A stretch of 64,000 nt of DNA from Psammoneis japonica (taxonomy: Eukaryota): positions 1-64,000 of the forward strand of contig QPGO01000225.1 of the NCBI GenBank assembly GCA_008632985.1, in the 5' to 3' direction. The translations under genes were made by a program, and so were the position numbers. Positions 1 to 13,663 of the stretch are shown piece by piece. The notes under the pieces were generated by a model, which saw nothing but the letters and a program-made list of their open reading frames with translations, was not told where the DNA came from and did not search any database. Within the stretch, counting starts at the first letter, position 1; each line of letters opens with the position of its first letter.

Positions 1-3000
1 CTGTCCAACTTCTCACCTTTGCAGATGACACATCCCTCATTGGAGCCTGCACTCCTTGGGCCACACCATCCAGCCCTGTTTTTTTTAGTTTGATTTGGTG
101 GAACAAGACACCAGCAAGAATGCAACAACCTTGCAGCAGGATTTTTGCACATTTTTCACTCCAATCAGTTTGACTTTCTGCAGCAAACAGTGATGCACTT
201 GATGGCAAACACCACAACCGCATTTGTGGCACCATCTGGAGCACTCATTGCTTCAACTCGTGCACTGTTGTCACAACCCACCATGTTGTCCAGAAAACCC
301 AAAGTTCATTGTGCACCAGGGCAAGGCATCCAAATGCCAAAGAAGAGGATTGCACTCTTGCACAGCTGACACACATGCAAAGGAACTGCCAGAGGACCAG
401 CATTGCACACATGTCTGTCTGAAAAAAGTCATTTGCTGCCACACAGATTTTGGAGCAATGCAAGAAAGGATTGACACCCTTGGTCCACATGAAGGCAGCT
501 GCACCCAAATTTCCAACATTGTGGGCAGAACTTTCAACAGCAAGCATTTCTGGTGCTTCATCAATGCCCAGCTGTTTGAGAATTTGGAAGGACAGCACAC
601 TTCCCATGATGTCCAAGACACTGAGTTTTAAGGAGAGAATGGAGAATTGCGCTGTCAAGAACATGGTCCCTTCACCATCATTGATGGGCTGGTGGCATCT
701 CCCAAGTGAGAGTGGAGCACAAGAGAAAGTTGCCAGCAAAGAGAAGCAATCTGCACAGTTTTTCCAGTGAGACCAAGCACTTTGTTCATTGCTTGTTGAT
801 TGACTGGCAACTTTTGCATGGATTTGCAATTCCTCCAGGAAGAAAACAGCATGCAAATTGTTGAGAATTTGCCAGCAATGGAGCCCATGGAATCCATGGT
901 CAGTTGCCTCCCGGCTGTGATCTGCAATCACTGGTTTGCCAATGATCTCACCTGAGTCAACCACAGTCAGTTTCACATCCAACCTGCTTCCTTCTGTCTT
1001 TTGTGGCATCTGTCTTTTGTGGCACGCCAATTCAGAAGAATCTTCTTGCTTCATTTGGTCTCCTCAAACAAACCTGGTTTTGTCAGCATCTTGCTTGCTG
1101 TTGGACTGCCCATGTGTCTCAGGTTGTGCAGCCATTGCTTGTCTCCTGTGATGTTTGTGCATTGGAGTCAGCCTTGGTTTGAGCAAGAAGCAATCTGAGA
1201 TTTGTCAGATGAAGCCAGGTGGTGCAACCATGGCATGTCCAGAAGCACACACAGCTCATGGCAGCTCAGCATGTGCCTGATTGAGTTCTTGATGAATTGT
1301 GTGGTCTCCAGGGAAATGCTGGTTTCTGTGGTGTGGAGTGGCTGGAACAGCAGGAGGAGGTGTGACTCTCCCTGATGGGCACTGCATCTGTCCAACACCC
1401 CTTTGGACCAGTTGATCCAGGATGTTGCATTCTTTGGCAAGGATTTGTTCCCTCAGGTTTCACAGATGTTGAATCAGCTCCAACAATTCTGAGCCACACC
1501 CACTCATGTGCTGGTGTGGGTGTGTCAAGAAATGTTGTTGCTGATGTTTCATTTGCAGCTGCTCCCAACCAAGGCATCAGATCTCATTCCATTGAATCTC
1601 CTCAAACAAATGAGACCATTGCACTGCATTGGTTGCAATGCACTTCCAGGTGTGTTGAACCCTCCCAATGCCACATCAGCACAGGACCTTTCCCATGTCC
1701 CTCTGATGGGCCAGAGAGCTCCAATGTGAAAAGCTGTCTCAATGGAAATTGCACACACAACAACTTGTCTGATCACTGGGTTTAACAATGAGATTTTTTC
1801 ATGCCTTGATCATGAAACACCAAATTGTTGACAATTAAAACAAGGTGGCTGTTATGACGCAATTGTGGTGAATGACACACTGTTTGGTGAGGCTGCTTTT
1901 TGCAGTTCATGCCACCAAAAACAAACAGCAATGCTGGCTGAGGCGGGTTTTGCTCATGCTTTGTCTCCATCACCCCTTGCCATGCATTGCCAAAAGTGAG
2001 CTGCACCAACAATGGGAGGCCCAAGCAAACTCTCTTTGCCAAGTTCAGCTGTTGATGCCACTGTTTTGGAGCATTTCCTTGAACAAACACACAATTAACT
2101 CAATCATGTGTGGCAGTCCAACAAAGCAAGGAATGCTCCAGAAATTGATTCTGTGCTGTTGGCAAGCAGGTGTCATTTTGCCTTGTGCAATGGAAAAAGA
2201 GCTCTGCATCACTTGTGACAACTTGTTTCCAGGTCATGTCAATCTCACTCACTGTTTGTCATGCAGGGAGGGATGGCTGCCACCAGAAAAGGTGTTGAAA
2301 AAACTTTCCAACAGCAAGAAGAAATCTGTGTTCAAAGGGATAGACCAGTTTCAGCGGGTGACCAAAACACTTGCCAGAGACTTTGATGAACTCAACAGTT
2401 GTCTAACCCTCTGGAGATTGATGCTGAGGCTTTTTCTGCCATCAAACACAGCATGCCATGGAGCCTAAAGCACGACACACTTGATTTGCAAATGGATGGA
2501 GTTGACAACAAAATCTGGGTGCTGGGCACAGCCAAGAACAGAGGCACTGCAGTGGTGGATGTGTCACCCTTTTCGCTGTGCAACGGCATTGGCAACACAG
2601 AAGTCAGGCACATCCAGAAGATGGGAAAGAAATGCATGATGCCAAAAGTTTCCTTTTCCATGAAACAACACAAAGAGGTTGTTCAAGCAGCATGGAAAGG
2701 GCACACAAAAGCTCTGTTGCAATGCTGCACCCCTCCAACGTGTTGTTGCTTGGCGCATCTTTGGAAAAAAAAACATTGGAAAATCTGAGCTGCTTCAGTT
2801 TGTCACGTTGGAACTCCAAGCCAGTCACCTGGGATGTTTGCCACACCCCAGCTGCAATGCATGTTGGGAGGGGGGAACACAATCCCCTTGCTGCTGCCTT
2901 TGCATGACACAGCAAATGTGTGCTTGGTGTGCCATTGCCATTGTCAGCCAAAAAGGCAGTTGTGGCAACAGACATCAATGACAATGGAAACTCTGCTGCA

Positions 3001-6000
3001 AACTCAGCCCCAATGGCCAAGATGGTTGTTGAAGAGGATTTTGTTGACAAAGCCAAGTTGCATTTGGAAGAAGAGGATGAGTGCTTCATTGATGATTCAC
3101 CACAAGCACTGTCTTGGTGTCCTTGCAAGAATTCTCCCTGGATGTGTCTGCTGTGCATTCCTCCCAACCCACAACAGATTGTGGAAAAACATCAACAGAT
3201 TGTGACTTGCTGTCAATTGAACCTCCTGATGATGGCAGCAAACCTTCATTGTCCTTGGGCTCTCTTTCCTTGGAAACAGCAGACCCAAGCATTGTGCTGC
3301 AGTTGTTTCAATTTAGCCAACATTGCAAAGTCATGGCACACTCATTGATTCACCAGCATTCATCCAAATGTTTGCTGTCCAAATGTTCCTCTGTGATGTC
3401 AAGGAAAGAGTCACGTTGCACCGTCCAGTTCTTGGTGGAATGACAACAAAGCAAGCAGCATCCTCCATGCAGTTGGGAAATGGGCGAAGTGGCAACCTCA
3501 TTGACAGAAGAACAAAGGTGGCAGACAACACATCCAAAGCTCACAGTGGCAATCAATCATTTTGAGGTCAAGGATTTGTGTTTTTAGCAGGTGGTTCCAA
3601 AAACATCTTAAGAAGACAGAGCTTTGCAGAAACCACCAAAAAATTGTTGGCATTGCCACACTGTTGTGTGCAAAACAGGAAGTGAAGAGAATCATGGAAC
3701 TTGGATGTGCTGCAAAGTCTGGACCCAGAACAACACCCTCAGAATGGGCCAACAACAAACTGAGACAATTTAAGATGTTTGAGAATGCATTTCTGAAGCC
3801 AAGTGTGAGAAAAGCTTTCCTTGTTTGAGGACAGGGACAATGTTTCATCCAATCCAAAAGACATGAACATCAGATGGGCAAAGGGACTCTCCAGTGGCTT
3901 GAGGCTTTTGTCTTCCTTTGAAAGCACGCCTTTCATTGCAGCAAGTGTTGCAAGCAACAAACCGGGATGCTCTTGGCCAGATGGACAAGTCTGGTCAGTG
4001 ATTCCAATCTTGAACAGAGCTCTTGCAGCATCTTCTGATCACTTTGCCTCTTGGGTGCATGTGCAAGAACAACTCCAAAGCATCTCTTGAACTCAGCTTT
4101 GTCAAATGGCTTGGGAAGCCCCTTGAATGTGAAGGATGGTTGATTGTCTGTTGTGCGTTCCTCATCACCGGAATGGTTGTGACACCACAACAACTTGTTT
4201 TCCAGGACTTGGCACAGGTGGGAGAAGGGACAGAGCAGATGCTTGTAAAGGCCCAAGTGCAAGGCATGCAACAGTTCCCAGGGGAGCATGCTGAATGTGC
4301 CATGCCTTCCTCTGCCATTGGAGAGGTCTCACAACACAGGACAAGACAAATGAATGGTGTCTTGTTCCACCAAATTGAAGCTGAACAAGGGATTGCCACC
4401 AAAAGTGCTGTCGCATTTTGCAGCCCCCACTCATCTGAGATGTGTTGCCACAGTGGGAGTTGCAGTGACAAGCCATGCTGTTGTGGCCTTTTGCATTGCC
4501 AATTGTCAGGCACAATCAAAAGTGGAGATGGACAAAGCCAAGAGATGGCACCAAAGTTGGGAAACCAGTCTTTTGCTTTGACAGTTGAAGCAACTTGGCA
4601 AACATCTCCCGAAATGTGCCATGGCAGAACTTGATGCATGTCTCCTGTCTTGGCTTTGACTGATGGTCAGTGGTGCACACTCATTGCTTGTCTTTGGGTG
4701 TGGCAGCACCATTCCAAGTGTCAACCAAAGGGAGTGGCTGCAGCAATGCTGGTCACTTGAATTGCCAAATGTTGCAAGGACAGGTTGTGCTTGCAAACAA
4801 CCCATGTTGTTGCAAAGGGTGGAATCATTGAACAGCACAACTGGGCAAAGAAGAAAGTGTGACTCAGAAGAGCAGCCATTGCCCAGCAGCTCTACAAGGG
4901 AACAATTGACATCATGCTTGGCTTGCTTCCACCAGTCTCCAGTGGCAAAGGAGTCACAAATGATGCGCTCATTTGTTTTGGGGCAGCACTTCTCCTGTTG
5001 CAACCATTGACATGGCTGGACAACCTGGGATTGTGGAACACCCTTCTCACACAATGCAGAAAGGAAAATTGGTGCACATGCACTGGGGGGGACTCGGGTC
5101 CCACATGTGCACAGCAGAGCACAAATGGGCTCTGGGCCAACACAATTGGAGCACACGGCTTTCATGCATCTCAAGGCAATGAAGCAGGACAAATTCTTGC
5201 ACTCACAGTCACTCTCCTTGGCACAAAATCATTGCACAAACCATGGGAGAGATGATGCTTTTTTGTCACAACCAACTCTTCCTCCACTGGGTGGAGCTTC
5301 TTGTTGGTGGTGTTGGTTGCACAAATGTGCGGAGGTTGCAACAGTTGAGCTTCTTCCATCTCCTCAAAATCCAGTGCATCAAGCAGTGCAAGCCATCATC
5401 TTCTTTGTGGACACTGCAATCTTTGTTGTTTGTCCTTTTCCCTCGCAGCAAGAATGAAGTGCAGAGAGGATGCCAAACTCCTCCTCCAAAAATGGTGTGT
5501 TGTCATGGCAGAAACCATCATTGGATGGGTCTTGAGCAAGAGGGCCAATGCTGCATTCAGCCAGCACTGGTGCATGATGAGAATCAACAATGTCATCATT
5601 GAAGGAGAGAATCACTGACAGGAGAAAATGGAAAAAGGTGTCATGGATCATTGTCATAAACAGACAGGGACATGAGTCCTTTGGCCCTTGAATTGGGGGA
5701 ATGGTTTGAGAGGTCCTGGTGCATCAAAAGAGCTGAAGGCACCATTGTTGCTCAGGGAGTGGTTGGGAGAGGAAGATGCATTGTTTGGGCCAAAATGAAA
5801 GAAAAAAAACTGGGGATGCCTTTGAAAATGTCAGTGGAGAGCACACTGCAACTTGTTCCAGACTTGTGGCAGGTGGTGCGCACTTGCCCCTTTTTCGCAC
5901 AAGACCAGAATTTTTGTGTGCTGTCCATTTTGAAAACAATCAATGCCAAATTTGCCATCAAATTTTTTGTGATTGAATGCAGTCTCCAAGGTGGAAAATT

Positions 6001-8170
6001 AGAAATGCATGTCTCCGTGCAGATGATTGGGAAAACACACCAAGGGATTGAACCTTGAAGCTCACTCCTTGCCTCACAAAGCAGCTTGTCTTTTTTGCAA
6101 CTTGTTGAATCAGTCCAAAGGCTTGTGCTGCAGAAACTGACACAAAAGAGCGTCGCAGTGACTTGCAAACAAATGCCTCACTGCAAAGGCATTGGCCACA
6201 AGCACAAATCTGGCACTGGGCATGACCAACAGCCCTCAAGGAGAAGGAGATGCATCCTTCTGTTGCATCCTTGAGGAATGCACCCACTTTGGCTGCTGGC
6301 TCCAGCAGAGATGTTGCTGCTTTGCATGGCAAGCACAACATCTCTTCTGTGGTCGAGGGTGCAACTCTGCCAAAATTGCAGTTGGCGCTGCTGTTGCTCC
6401 CAACCAAAACCAAAACAGAGACAACAGTTTGCATGTGCAAGAATCTGCCAGTGCATCATCTGATCCAGCCCATGCCACAGTCCAAATGCATGGTGCAAGG
6501 AGCCACCTTGGCAATTTCTTGCAAGCTGGGAACAAGACATGGTGCTCTGGTGGGAAACAGCTTTCTCAGTCATCCAAAGCAATGGAGACGAGGGTCACCA
6601 TTTGACAACAGACTTTGACTCCGGGGCTGGACTTGTCATTGGCAACAGATGCATCATTGTCATCATCATCCAGGCACTGCATGAGCTGTGCAAGGAGAGA
6701 GAAGTCAGCATTGGGGTGGCTGGAGGGGATCCCAAGAGTGCCAGCGGGATGGCTGTTCCATTTCTTTCTTTCTTTTGGAGAGCAAGAAGGAACCTCATTT
6801 GAAACAAAACAATGATGCAATGCAGTTTGAAAAGAAAGTTCCAATCTGGGGCTGGCAGGGTCTGAGAAAAGACTGGCCATTGGCAGATCCAAAGCTGCTC
6901 TTCTTCCAGCCATTTCCAGGCAGACCAACCCATGTGGAAGAGGCAAACTGTTCTTTCTGTTTCGGCTTGAGGCACCTGTGCATCAAGTCATGAACTCTCA
7001 AGTGGACAATTGCCAAATTCTTCATTTTCTGGCAGTTGAGATTCTTGCAAGTCCTCAAAAATGTGTTGCGCATCTGCTCTTGCACCAGCTCACAACAGCA
7101 GGCTGTTTTTTCATTCTTCAGCAGATTCTTTGCTGCACTGCACTGGATTGAACTTTGGCGCTGGTGTCAATGCTGCAAGCACAAACATCTTTGGCTTCAA
7201 GCACTGAGAAAAGACAAGCTTGAGCCAGTGGCAGGTGTTGCCAAACTTGGACTCAAGAACATGAGGGAGGAAAAGAGTCCTCACTGTGGATGCAGCAATG
7301 CTCTGAGTCTGTGCAACAAAATTGCTTTGGCAACGAGGGTGCTCTTCTGCAGAAACATCGAGCAGCTGCAGAGACTCTAGACTCAACAAGCCAGCACATG
7401 CAATCCACCATGGCTGTCAGGTTCTTGCCACAGCATGGGAGGTTGTTGAAGGCCTCCAAAACTTTCTGGTGCTGAACCACAAACTGCCCTGTGGCCTTCT
7501 CTTTCTTCTTGTTGTCCAACTTGCAGGTCCAACCATGGCTTCAAACACAATGGAGCCCACATTTGCATCCAAGAGATTGACCTGCAATGTCATTGACAGC
7601 AACCACTTGCTCAAAAAAGCTGCACAATCCATTCTTGGGATTGTGCTGCAAATGAGGCAGAGCTGGAAAGCCGGTGGTGGGCTTCCACGTGAAGCCAGCA
7701 ATGAAAGCCTTCCTTGCCATTTGCGCCTCTGTTGTCCTCTTGAGTCGACGTTTGGCAACACAACATTGGCCATTGCAGCTTGCAAGTGCAGCTGCATTGT
7801 CATCCTTCTCAATGACTTGCAAAAAAGAAGAAAGGAAGCTGGCAACTCCGGCCTGTCTGCACTGTTCCCATCATGAAGATGCTCTGGGAAGCCACAGAAC
7901 CAGACCGACTCGGGATTGTTGGGATCCACATGATTGTTTTCTGTTAACTTGATGACAGCGTTGAACATTTGGCTGAGGTTGCATCCGTTTCCATCATCAT
8001 TGCTCGCAACCATCGAGTTTTAAATCCCTCAAAGCTGAGTCCTTGCTGTTGAATGCAAAGGTGTGTGCTGCGCCTGACATGCCGCTGCCACCCTGTGACT
8101 GGCTGATGTCTTTCTCTTCTTGGCCAAGGTGTTTGCACAGGAGGGGCATGGTCCAATGCTTCACACAACA
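1..8170. other. TpA/CpG-depleted hypermutated domain (decayed repeat or TE sequence, family not identified)
   Basis: TA is very rare over 8 kb and CG is rare, with TG/CA in excess. ORFs in all six frames are nearly Tyr-free and Cys/His-rich. No coherent protein family recognised. Confidence 0.8.
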
Positions 8171-8229
8171 TTGAACATAAACCAGATCCACATTCTAGGC
8201 AGCTAAACCAATTTCACTTTAGTAAATTA

Positions 8230-10187
8230 TCACGACTCTGCGGCCTTCGAAATCCTCTTTTTGCTCCAATGTGAGGTTGATTTGCCCCAAGCAAAAACTG
8301 TTCCATTTTCCGCACTGTAGTGGACACGTCCATCCTTGATGTAGAAAGCCCCAGAAGTGTGGTGCTCCAGGTCGCCAGACGCGAATTGAATGGTCATCCT
8401 GTCCGTGATTCTGACTGCCTTGCCAAGCTCCGGGAAAATGAAGAACAGTTCAACGGCGTCTGCATTGTCTCGAACATCACCTACAAACTCATAGTGGCAC
8501 GTAGTTGGCACCGACAGTTGACCAAATTGGTCAAACCAGGCTAGAAGGTGCTCTTGCTCCTCGTCAGACAAACCAGGGCACTGCCGGATGTCATCTCGGC
8601 TCCTAATCTCCACAATGCCATCATGTTCGTCAATGTGGTTGGAGCAAAAGAAGGAAATAGTCCTGTTCCCAAACGTCAGTATTCCCCTGCCGCAAATTTC
8701 TCGAGGATCACAAAGCAAGATCTTCGAAAGAGCGCCAACCAGCAATCTGTCTCGGGTGACGGCTTGGCTGGCACCAAAGCTGCCAAGATGCGAGTGAAAA
8801 GCCGTCACTGCCGGCACCTTCAGATCCACATAGTGTTCCCGGTAGTACTGAAATTTGGCCAGGTCACCAGGTCCTTCGAGTAGGTTGGTCTTGTTCCTGG
8901 CCTTAAACTCCAAAGTTCTGAGAGAAAAGAAACCCTTTTGTCCATCAAACAGATTTGTCCCATCTGACTTGGAGTTGTGCCGCTCACCATACGCAACGCC
9001 AACTCCTTCCTTTGTTAGTCTCACATGGTTCATGTCAATGTCAAAGCGCTGGAAGGAAAGAAGAGTGGCAAAAGTTAATTTTGCTTGATTGCACAGCATG
9101 CCGCTTACAGAAGACTGCTCACCTGGGATGTTTGTCCGACCTTTACCAGCTTCAGCTCATTGTTATCCACCAGAAGCGTAAGTGCTATTCCGTGAGGATG
9201 ATCACGATGGTCCACTAGATCTAACGTTTCCTCATGCTGGGAAATCAAGAAGAGCTCAGCATCGTGTTCCCGAATCGACCGGCTGCCACACTTGGTGAAC
9301 TGAAGATGATCCTCCTTCGTGACATACGCTACCTTTACTTTCTGTGCATCACCTTGCAACACATACTTCACAGCAATCTTGTCTTTCATTTTTTCCCGTC
9401 GCATGGGACACGTGGACACACCCACTGACATTTGTTCTGGTTGGTTGTGCAGCCTTTCGTACCTCCGCTTCTTACGACTCAGGCGATTCTTCTTACCGGT
9501 ACGACGATTCTTCTTACCGGTACGACTCGGACGAACACTTGAAGTAATGATGTTCTGGGGCACAATGTTCTTCCTAGATTTGACATCATACACAAAGTCC
9601 GGGCCATGATAAGACGACTGTAAGAAGCCATCCAAGCTATCCCTGATCGTATCCCGATGACACAGCTCTATCCCTGGTACAGCATGCACCACATTGATAA
9701 ACTCGAATTTGCCCTTTACCGAATACAGATCAAAGTCAAGATCCGTCTTCTTTGTAAAGCAATCCCGTATAGCTGGAAAACCTTCTCGCCAATGTAGAAG
9801 GAAATCCGGAACAGGTCTGCCGTTTGTCTTCTCGCTCTTGACCATGCCTCCCTTCCAATCGTACACAACAAGCCTTTTTTTTTTATCCTCTGAGAGAGGA
9901 GACAAGTTCTTAACAACACACAGAGTGTGAGCTCCTCGATGAGAATGTATCGCGAGTTGGCCACAACTGTTGGCCACACCCTCAGTTCGAAGGACATGAT
10001 TGGGGAATATAACTGGGTACTGACAGCTAGAGTCGACTTTGATGCGGCTATTGTCGATGTGCTTCTTCAACAACACACCACGTGGGCTGATGATGTAATA
10101 ATGCTGTCTATACGAAACAGTATCGGAGAGGCGCTTGACGGTTAACTTCGACTCAAAAGAGTGAGAAAACTTAAACCGATGCGGCAT
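8230..10187 (-). CDS. Two-exon ~627-aa protein with a C-terminal putative TET/JBP-like 2OG-Fe(II) dioxygenase domain
   Basis: ORFs 9105..10187 and 8230..9099 join in frame through a 74-nt phase-0 intron at 9122..9049 (CAG|GTGAGC ... TTAAC ... TTCCTTCCAG|CGC). The C-terminus has FFCSNHIDEHD (HxD), FFIFPELGKAVRI and LEHHTS (distal His). Tyr and TA usage are normal. The gene model is firmer than the functional call. Confidence 0.6.
9484..9525. repeat. 21-bp in-frame tandem duplication (encodes RTGKKNR twice, basic and NLS-like)
   Basis: CGATTCTTCTTACCGGTACGA occurs twice back to back. Confidence 0.9.
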
Positions 10188-10338
10188 GGTTGCCGTAGAG
10201 AGAGGGACAGGGAGACACTGTCGTTGTCAGAGTGAGATGAAAAAAAGACAAGAGCGCAAGAAGTAAGAGTGGAAATTTTTGTGTGAGGATTTGCAGCATG
10301 GCTCACAACCACGCTGGCCTGTTTTTTCTGGTAAGGCA

Positions 10339-10808
10339 GAGCTAATAAAATCAGACATGAATAGATTCAATATTCATTTTCCCGCCCTTTTTTGACGCGC
10401 GGAAATTCGAAAATATCCAGTATCGCTAAAATAGAAGATCAAAGATCTCATTGCGCTATAGCTGGCCTGTCATTTTTTGTCCCTCCAAATACAGTATGTA
10501 CAGTACGTACATTTTTCCTCATGAGGGACTACAACAGGATTACCAACAAGATTTGGCGCGTTCCTTTCGCTTTCAAGTTCTTTCTGAGAGCTAATAAATA
10601 CAGATATGAATGGATTCAATGTTCATTTTCCCGCCCTTTTGACGCGCGCAAATTTTAAAACATGGACAGTGCATTCAAAAATGTGTGCAGTGTCGATAAA
10701 ATCAAAGATCTCAGTGCGCTGGCCTGTCATTTTTTGTCCATTTCCTCATGACTGCGACTGACAACAGGATTGCCACCAAGATTTGGCGTGTTCCTTTCGC
10801 TTTCAAAG
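10339..10808. repeat. Imperfect ~240-bp tandem duplication at the island/hypermutated-domain border
   Basis: Shared blocks GAGCTAATAAA, TTCATTTTCCCGCCCTTTT, ATCAAAGATCTCA, GCTGGCCTGTCATTTTTTGTCC and TTCCTTTCGCTTTCAA at ~10339-10577 and ~10588-10808. Confidence 0.85.
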
Positions 10809-13276
10809 ATCGACCATGGCGCCACCTCTGAAGCCTCCCAAAACACAGGAAGATGCAAAGAAGGCAAAGCTCTCTTTTGTGACCAACTTCTTCTCACAAA
10901 AGGAACGTTGGGTGCCCCTGCCAACCCAGAAGTTGGGGCAGCACACAAGGCAACAAAGGAAGGGTGCAAAACACAGCGCCTCTTGCAGCAGCTCCAGCTT
11001 GTTCCAGACAAGTTGAGCGAGATGCAGAGGTGAAGATCTCTTTGTGCATGTGATCAATTTTCATCACAAGATTCCAAGTGGCATCTTGTGGGCCTTCTGC
11101 ACATCTTGGTGCTGACTTGGGCGGCACTCAAAACAAAAGACTGCTTCGGCCCTTTTCCTCTGAATGCATCACATTGAGAGAAGTGCCGTGAAAAAGATGC
11201 TGGGGCAGCGGGGCCAATCATCAAAATGACAGCACATCATCTCAGCCAAGGTTGGAATGACAGGGGTTCAATGCGGAGCTGCGAGTGTGCTGCGTGGACA
11301 GGCCAGGCTCAAGAGCCGGCTCTGGAGAGCAGGGAGCTGGTGTGCCCGTGGTTTTCCCATCATGTGGCAAGGTTGAAAGCAGTTGAAATGCTTGGAAGAT
11401 GCAAACAAGAAGAAAGAAATGAGAGCCAAGCTGCAAGAGCTGCTTCCAGCTTCAAAGGCAAAGTTGCAAGAGAAGAGCGGTGACATCAGGAAGCCACACA
11501 CAAGAGGGGCTTGTGTGCCAGGTTGGGTTCTTGGAGCACAAGAGCTTGTTGGAGAGGCAGCCCATGCTGCGCAAACTCCTGAGAGTGCTGCCAGCACATT
11601 CCCAGAGCTCCTTCAGCTGTTTTTTGCAGCATTTCTTGGTGCGCCCATGCCCAATCTTTTCTTGCACAGCCACTGCATGGCTCTCTCTTTTTCTTTTTCT
11701 CTTTTCCTAGCACTGTGCTTTGCTCCACAAATGAGCCCCTGTTTTGACCCTTCTTCAGCTCTTCTTTCATTTTCCCACACAAGCGCAGCTGCATTTTCCA
11801 TCTGCTCTCCAGCACCAGCAGACCAAATGCCATGTCACTTGCCAGAGCCAGCCTGCTCTTCAAGCAACACTCAGCTTTGAGCTGGCTTTTCCATGTGACA
11901 CTCATGATGACAGCTGGTGAGAAGCCATGCACCTCCCCATGTTTCCCTCAACTGTTGCCCTTCCTCCAAGGGCTGCACCTTGCCATTGTTTCCTGTTTGT
12001 TGGCTCTTCTTGTTGAAGCTGAGCTGGCCTGTGTGGGCTGTGCACACACAACACAAGGTGTGTCAGCATTGGCCAGTGGCACTTGCCCCAGACAGCATCT
12101 GTGTCAGCGCCCATCTGCAACAGCAGCTTCTGCTGAAAAACTGATTCTTGAGTTCTCCACCAGCACTCTCATTTGACATCTCCTGTGTTTGTGCTTTGTC
12201 GATGTGGCGCGTGGCACATTGACAAGCTTGGACAACACAGCAACTCTCCAGTGCAGTCTTGCCCCTGCTCCTTGCTTTGCCCCCAGGATGTCACAACTTG
12301 GAAGCTGATGGGGAGATGGAGATTTTGAGCCAACAAGCCAATGTTGCCAAAAGGGAATCCTGTGAGAGGTTTCCTGTGCTGCTCTTTGCACTTGCCCTGG
12401 TTGCTGTGGCAGCTGTGATTTGCCTGGAAGTTCTCAATGAACTCCAGTCTTGTGACACAGCAAAGCCTGCTGATGCCACAGCACAATTTAAGATTGGCCA
12501 CACAAAAAGGTGCCAACGGGTGCTCTCGAGCTCCCAAAATGTTTGTTGAGAAAAAGCGCCCAGAACGCAGTCGCATGATGAACAATTGTTTTTTGTGCAC
12601 ACATGTGTTTTCCAACAAATTGCTTTGACCATTGAAGTGTTTTACCAGCCTCCATTCATTGGGAAACAGGAATTGATGAACAACACACACATGGCCAGAA
12701 AGCGCTCAATGAGAGCTTTCGATTAGTGTCCACACCTGAAAATTGACCATTCGAGCTGTTTCTAGCTCTGTTGGCACCTTTCCATGTGGCCAGTCTCATT
12801 TGTGCAAAGCAACCAGATGATTTGCTGCAAAGAGCAGGACAAAAAAAGGTTGGTGAGATTGGCAATGAACCCACACTTGTTGGCAAAGCAAGTGTCACAA
12901 AATCCACCATGTCAGCATCCAAAGCATCCTCTTGTGAACAACTCCAGTGCCACTTCCGGGTTCCACATGCTTCCTGCTCATTCCCAAAGCTCCAACACAC
13001 TCATGATGCTTGCAACCATGTTCCACTGTTCACATGACCCATGCTCATTGGGTTTGTCATTGTCTTGTGACAGCCTGCCCATCACTCTTGGTGTCATTGC
13101 CACCTGTTTCAGGACTCTTTGTGTCATCCTGCAAGCTGCAAGTTGCAAGCGTGCAAATGCACATGCTTGCCACTGTTGCTGCAATCAACCAAATTGTTGA
13201 GTGCACGTGCAGCTCCATCAACACTCTTCACAAAATGCTCCATGTGAGTTGGACAAGACTTTTCTCTGTCATTTTG

Positions 13277-13663
13277 GGCACAGTGCTGCTTCTCAAGTTT
13301 CAGTGGTCATCGAGTCTCATGGCAGAAAAACACTGCCAGATTTCTGGTGTTGATCTCTTGTGCAAGCGCACTTGTTCTGTCTCCAGGAATCAGCTCCCAG
13401 GACTTGCCAACATGATCATGATGAGACTTCTTTTCACTCCTCTTGCTCTCATCTTCTTGACCTGTTGTTTGGTCCATTGCTGAGCCGCCCACAATTTCTG
13501 GAGTCAAATCCAGGAATGCCATGTTGGCACAGTGCTGCTTCTCAAGTCTCAGCGGTCATTGGGGCTCATGGCAGAAAAACACTGCCAGGTTTCTGACATC
13601 AATCTCTCATGCAAGCACACTTGTTCTGGTGTCTCTGGGAATTGGCTCCCAGGACTTTCCAAA
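13277..13663. repeat. ~135-bp direct repeat pair
   Basis: GGCACAGTGCTGCTTCTCAAGT...CTCATGGCAGAAAAACACTGCCAG...CTCCCAGGACTT at ~13277-13410 and ~13527-13663. Confidence 0.85.

Noticed and set aside
5720..6170. Possible Ulp1/C48 protease remnant
   Set aside because: Only a vague resemblance; the catalytic residues could not be placed.
145..8191. Dozens of overlapping 60-290 aa ORFs (also at 10.7-22, 27.6-33.7 and 51-64 kb)
   Set aside because: TpA loss removes TAA and TAG stops in all frames. The products are nearly Tyr-free, Cys/His-rich and overlap on both strands, so they are not treated as genes.
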